A DNA stretch of 35,311 bases from a virus (taxonomy: Duplodnaviria > Caudoviricetes). A program made the position numbers and the translations under genes. The notes below the pieces were generated by a model. The model was given only the letters and a program-made list of their open reading frames with translations, had not been told where the DNA came from and searched no databases. Each line of letters starts with the position of its first letter. The first letter of the stretch is position 1. Of the stretch, positions 34,328 through 35,311 are shown one piece after another. The DNA lies in the IMG/VR virus record IMGVR_UViG_3300030332_001635, positions 1 through 35,311 of that record; one strand, 5' to 3'.

Positions 34328-35311
34328 ATGGCTGATGCAAAAATTATGACCTTTGGCGAGTTATTCTCTGCCACGACTGATGTCATTCCCGACAACAAAG
34401 CGGCTGCTGTGGAGATCGAAGGTCTCGATGGTAATGACTACATTAAGATTAATACAACCAATAGTTCGGAAGCGGTTCAGCTTGTTAGCGGTGGAACTGG
34501 GCGTGTCTCTATCGGGACGCACGATCCCTACACTAATATTGATGCAGCAGCAGATAACTTAGTTGTCGGTGACGGGACAGGGGACGAAGGGATCACGATT
34601 GTCTGCGGATCAAGCGCTGGTGATTATGGTTCTGTCTATTTTGGGGATCCGAGCTCAGGCACTCAAGGGCAGATCAGATACGAGCAGAACAATGAAGTTA
34701 TGTCGTTCTACACTAATACTGCCGAGCGGATGCGAATCGATCTAGATGGCGATGTCACCATGAACGCCGGTCTAAACGTCGCAAACACGGCAGTGTTGGG
34801 GACCGACGGAGTGGCGATTGGGTCAGGATGCACGGCAGCCGGGGCTAATGCCATTTCGGTAGGGCACAACGCCATAGCAAGCAACACTAAATCATTAGCG
34901 CTAGGAAATGGGGCTAACTCAAGCAGTTCTGGAGCTATAGCAATGGGGCCATCGTGTCAGAGCGCTGCGACCAATTCCGTGGCAATCGGAACGAATAGCG
35001 CCAGAACAGAGGGCGCCTATTCTATGGCTCTGGGTTATTTTAGTCAGACCAAGAGGCCCTTTGAACAGACATTTACTAGCGCGACTTATGGGGTTGATAA
35101 AAAAGCTTCATCGCAAAGAAAGTTTGTTTCAGGGCAATGCCAAACCACTGACGATACAGTCACAACCATGCTGGACGCTGAAAATGCAGGTAGCACGGCA
35201 ATGCTAGTGAACACGACGAATTGCCAGACTACTGATAAATCCAGCACAACGTTTTTTAATGTGAGGGTTGTCTCCACGGTGACCGGTGGGGATGAAGATT
35301 CTGATTTTGAG
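34328..35311 (+). CDS. Tail fibre protein with YadA-head-like 14-aa repeats (runs off the window end)
   Basis: GAGGT RBS, ATG at 34328, no stop before 35311. FYTNTAERMRID fibre motif. Repeats GVAIG/AISVG/SLALG/AIAMG/SVAIG/SMALG. Missing from the ORF track because it has no stop. Confidence 0.85.
   Translation, partial: MADAKIMTFGELFSATTDVIPDNKAAAVEIEGLDGNDYIKINTTNSSEAVQLVSGGTGRVSIGTHDPYTNIDAAADNLVVGDGTGDEGITIVCGSSAGDYGSVYFGDPSSGTQGQIRYEQNNEVMSFYTNTAERMRIDLDGDVTMNAGLNVANTAVLGTDGVAIGSGCTAAGANAISVGHNAIASNTKSLALGNGANSSSSGAIAMGPSCQSAATNSVAIGTNSARTEGAYSMALGYFSQTKRPFEQTFTSATYGVDKKASSQRKFVSGQCQTTDDTVTTMLDAENAGSTAMLVNTTNCQTTDKSSTTFFNVRVVSTVTGGDEDSDFE

Noticed and set aside
1-35311. tRNA genes, introns/inteins, diversity-generating retroelement, alternative genetic code
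   Set aside because: I noticed no tRNA cloverleaf with T/D-loop consensus, reverse transcriptase, TR/VR pair or intein motifs. Genes are full-length and densely packed under the standard code.

Overview
The window looks like an essentially complete, circularly permuted ~35.3 kb podovirus-type (short-tailed dsDNA) phage genome. The tail-fibre ORF that runs off the right end (34328->35311) continues in frame into bases 1-90. There are two divergent arms around a ~1 kb non-coding region (11452-12444). The leftward early arm (11451->1998) carries many small unknown and membrane proteins, a J-domain protein, a Cas4/PD-(D/E)XK nuclease-Sak4 ATPase-DUF669 SSB recombination module, an initiator plus DnaC-like loader, and a Holliday-junction resolvase. 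The rightward late arm (12445->35311, continuing 1->2008) carries a putative TerS, a GNAT, TerL, portal, scaffold, major capsid protein, adaptor, nozzle, three large ejection proteins, tail fibre, a holin cassette and an M15 endolysin. I recognise no integrase, repressor, polymerase, helicase, primase, tRNA or CRISPR array. Four observations stand out. (1) A promoter-preceded ~70-nt hairpin RNA at 4338-4407 has a bulge and a loop that are both complementary to the 5' leader/RBS of the first early gene 7 kb away, resembling P4 CI / P1 C4 RNA control. (2) The holin ends in two in-register A8 tracts that open a hidden -1 frame encoding a four-strand beta-barrel-anchor-like tail ending AGLKFRW. 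(3) A 57-bp dual-repeat array with two alternating short variable segments lies at 10352-10536. (4) An ejection protein carries repeated S74-type Ser-Lys autocleavage motifs. All protein family calls come from motif recognition by eye, not database searches.
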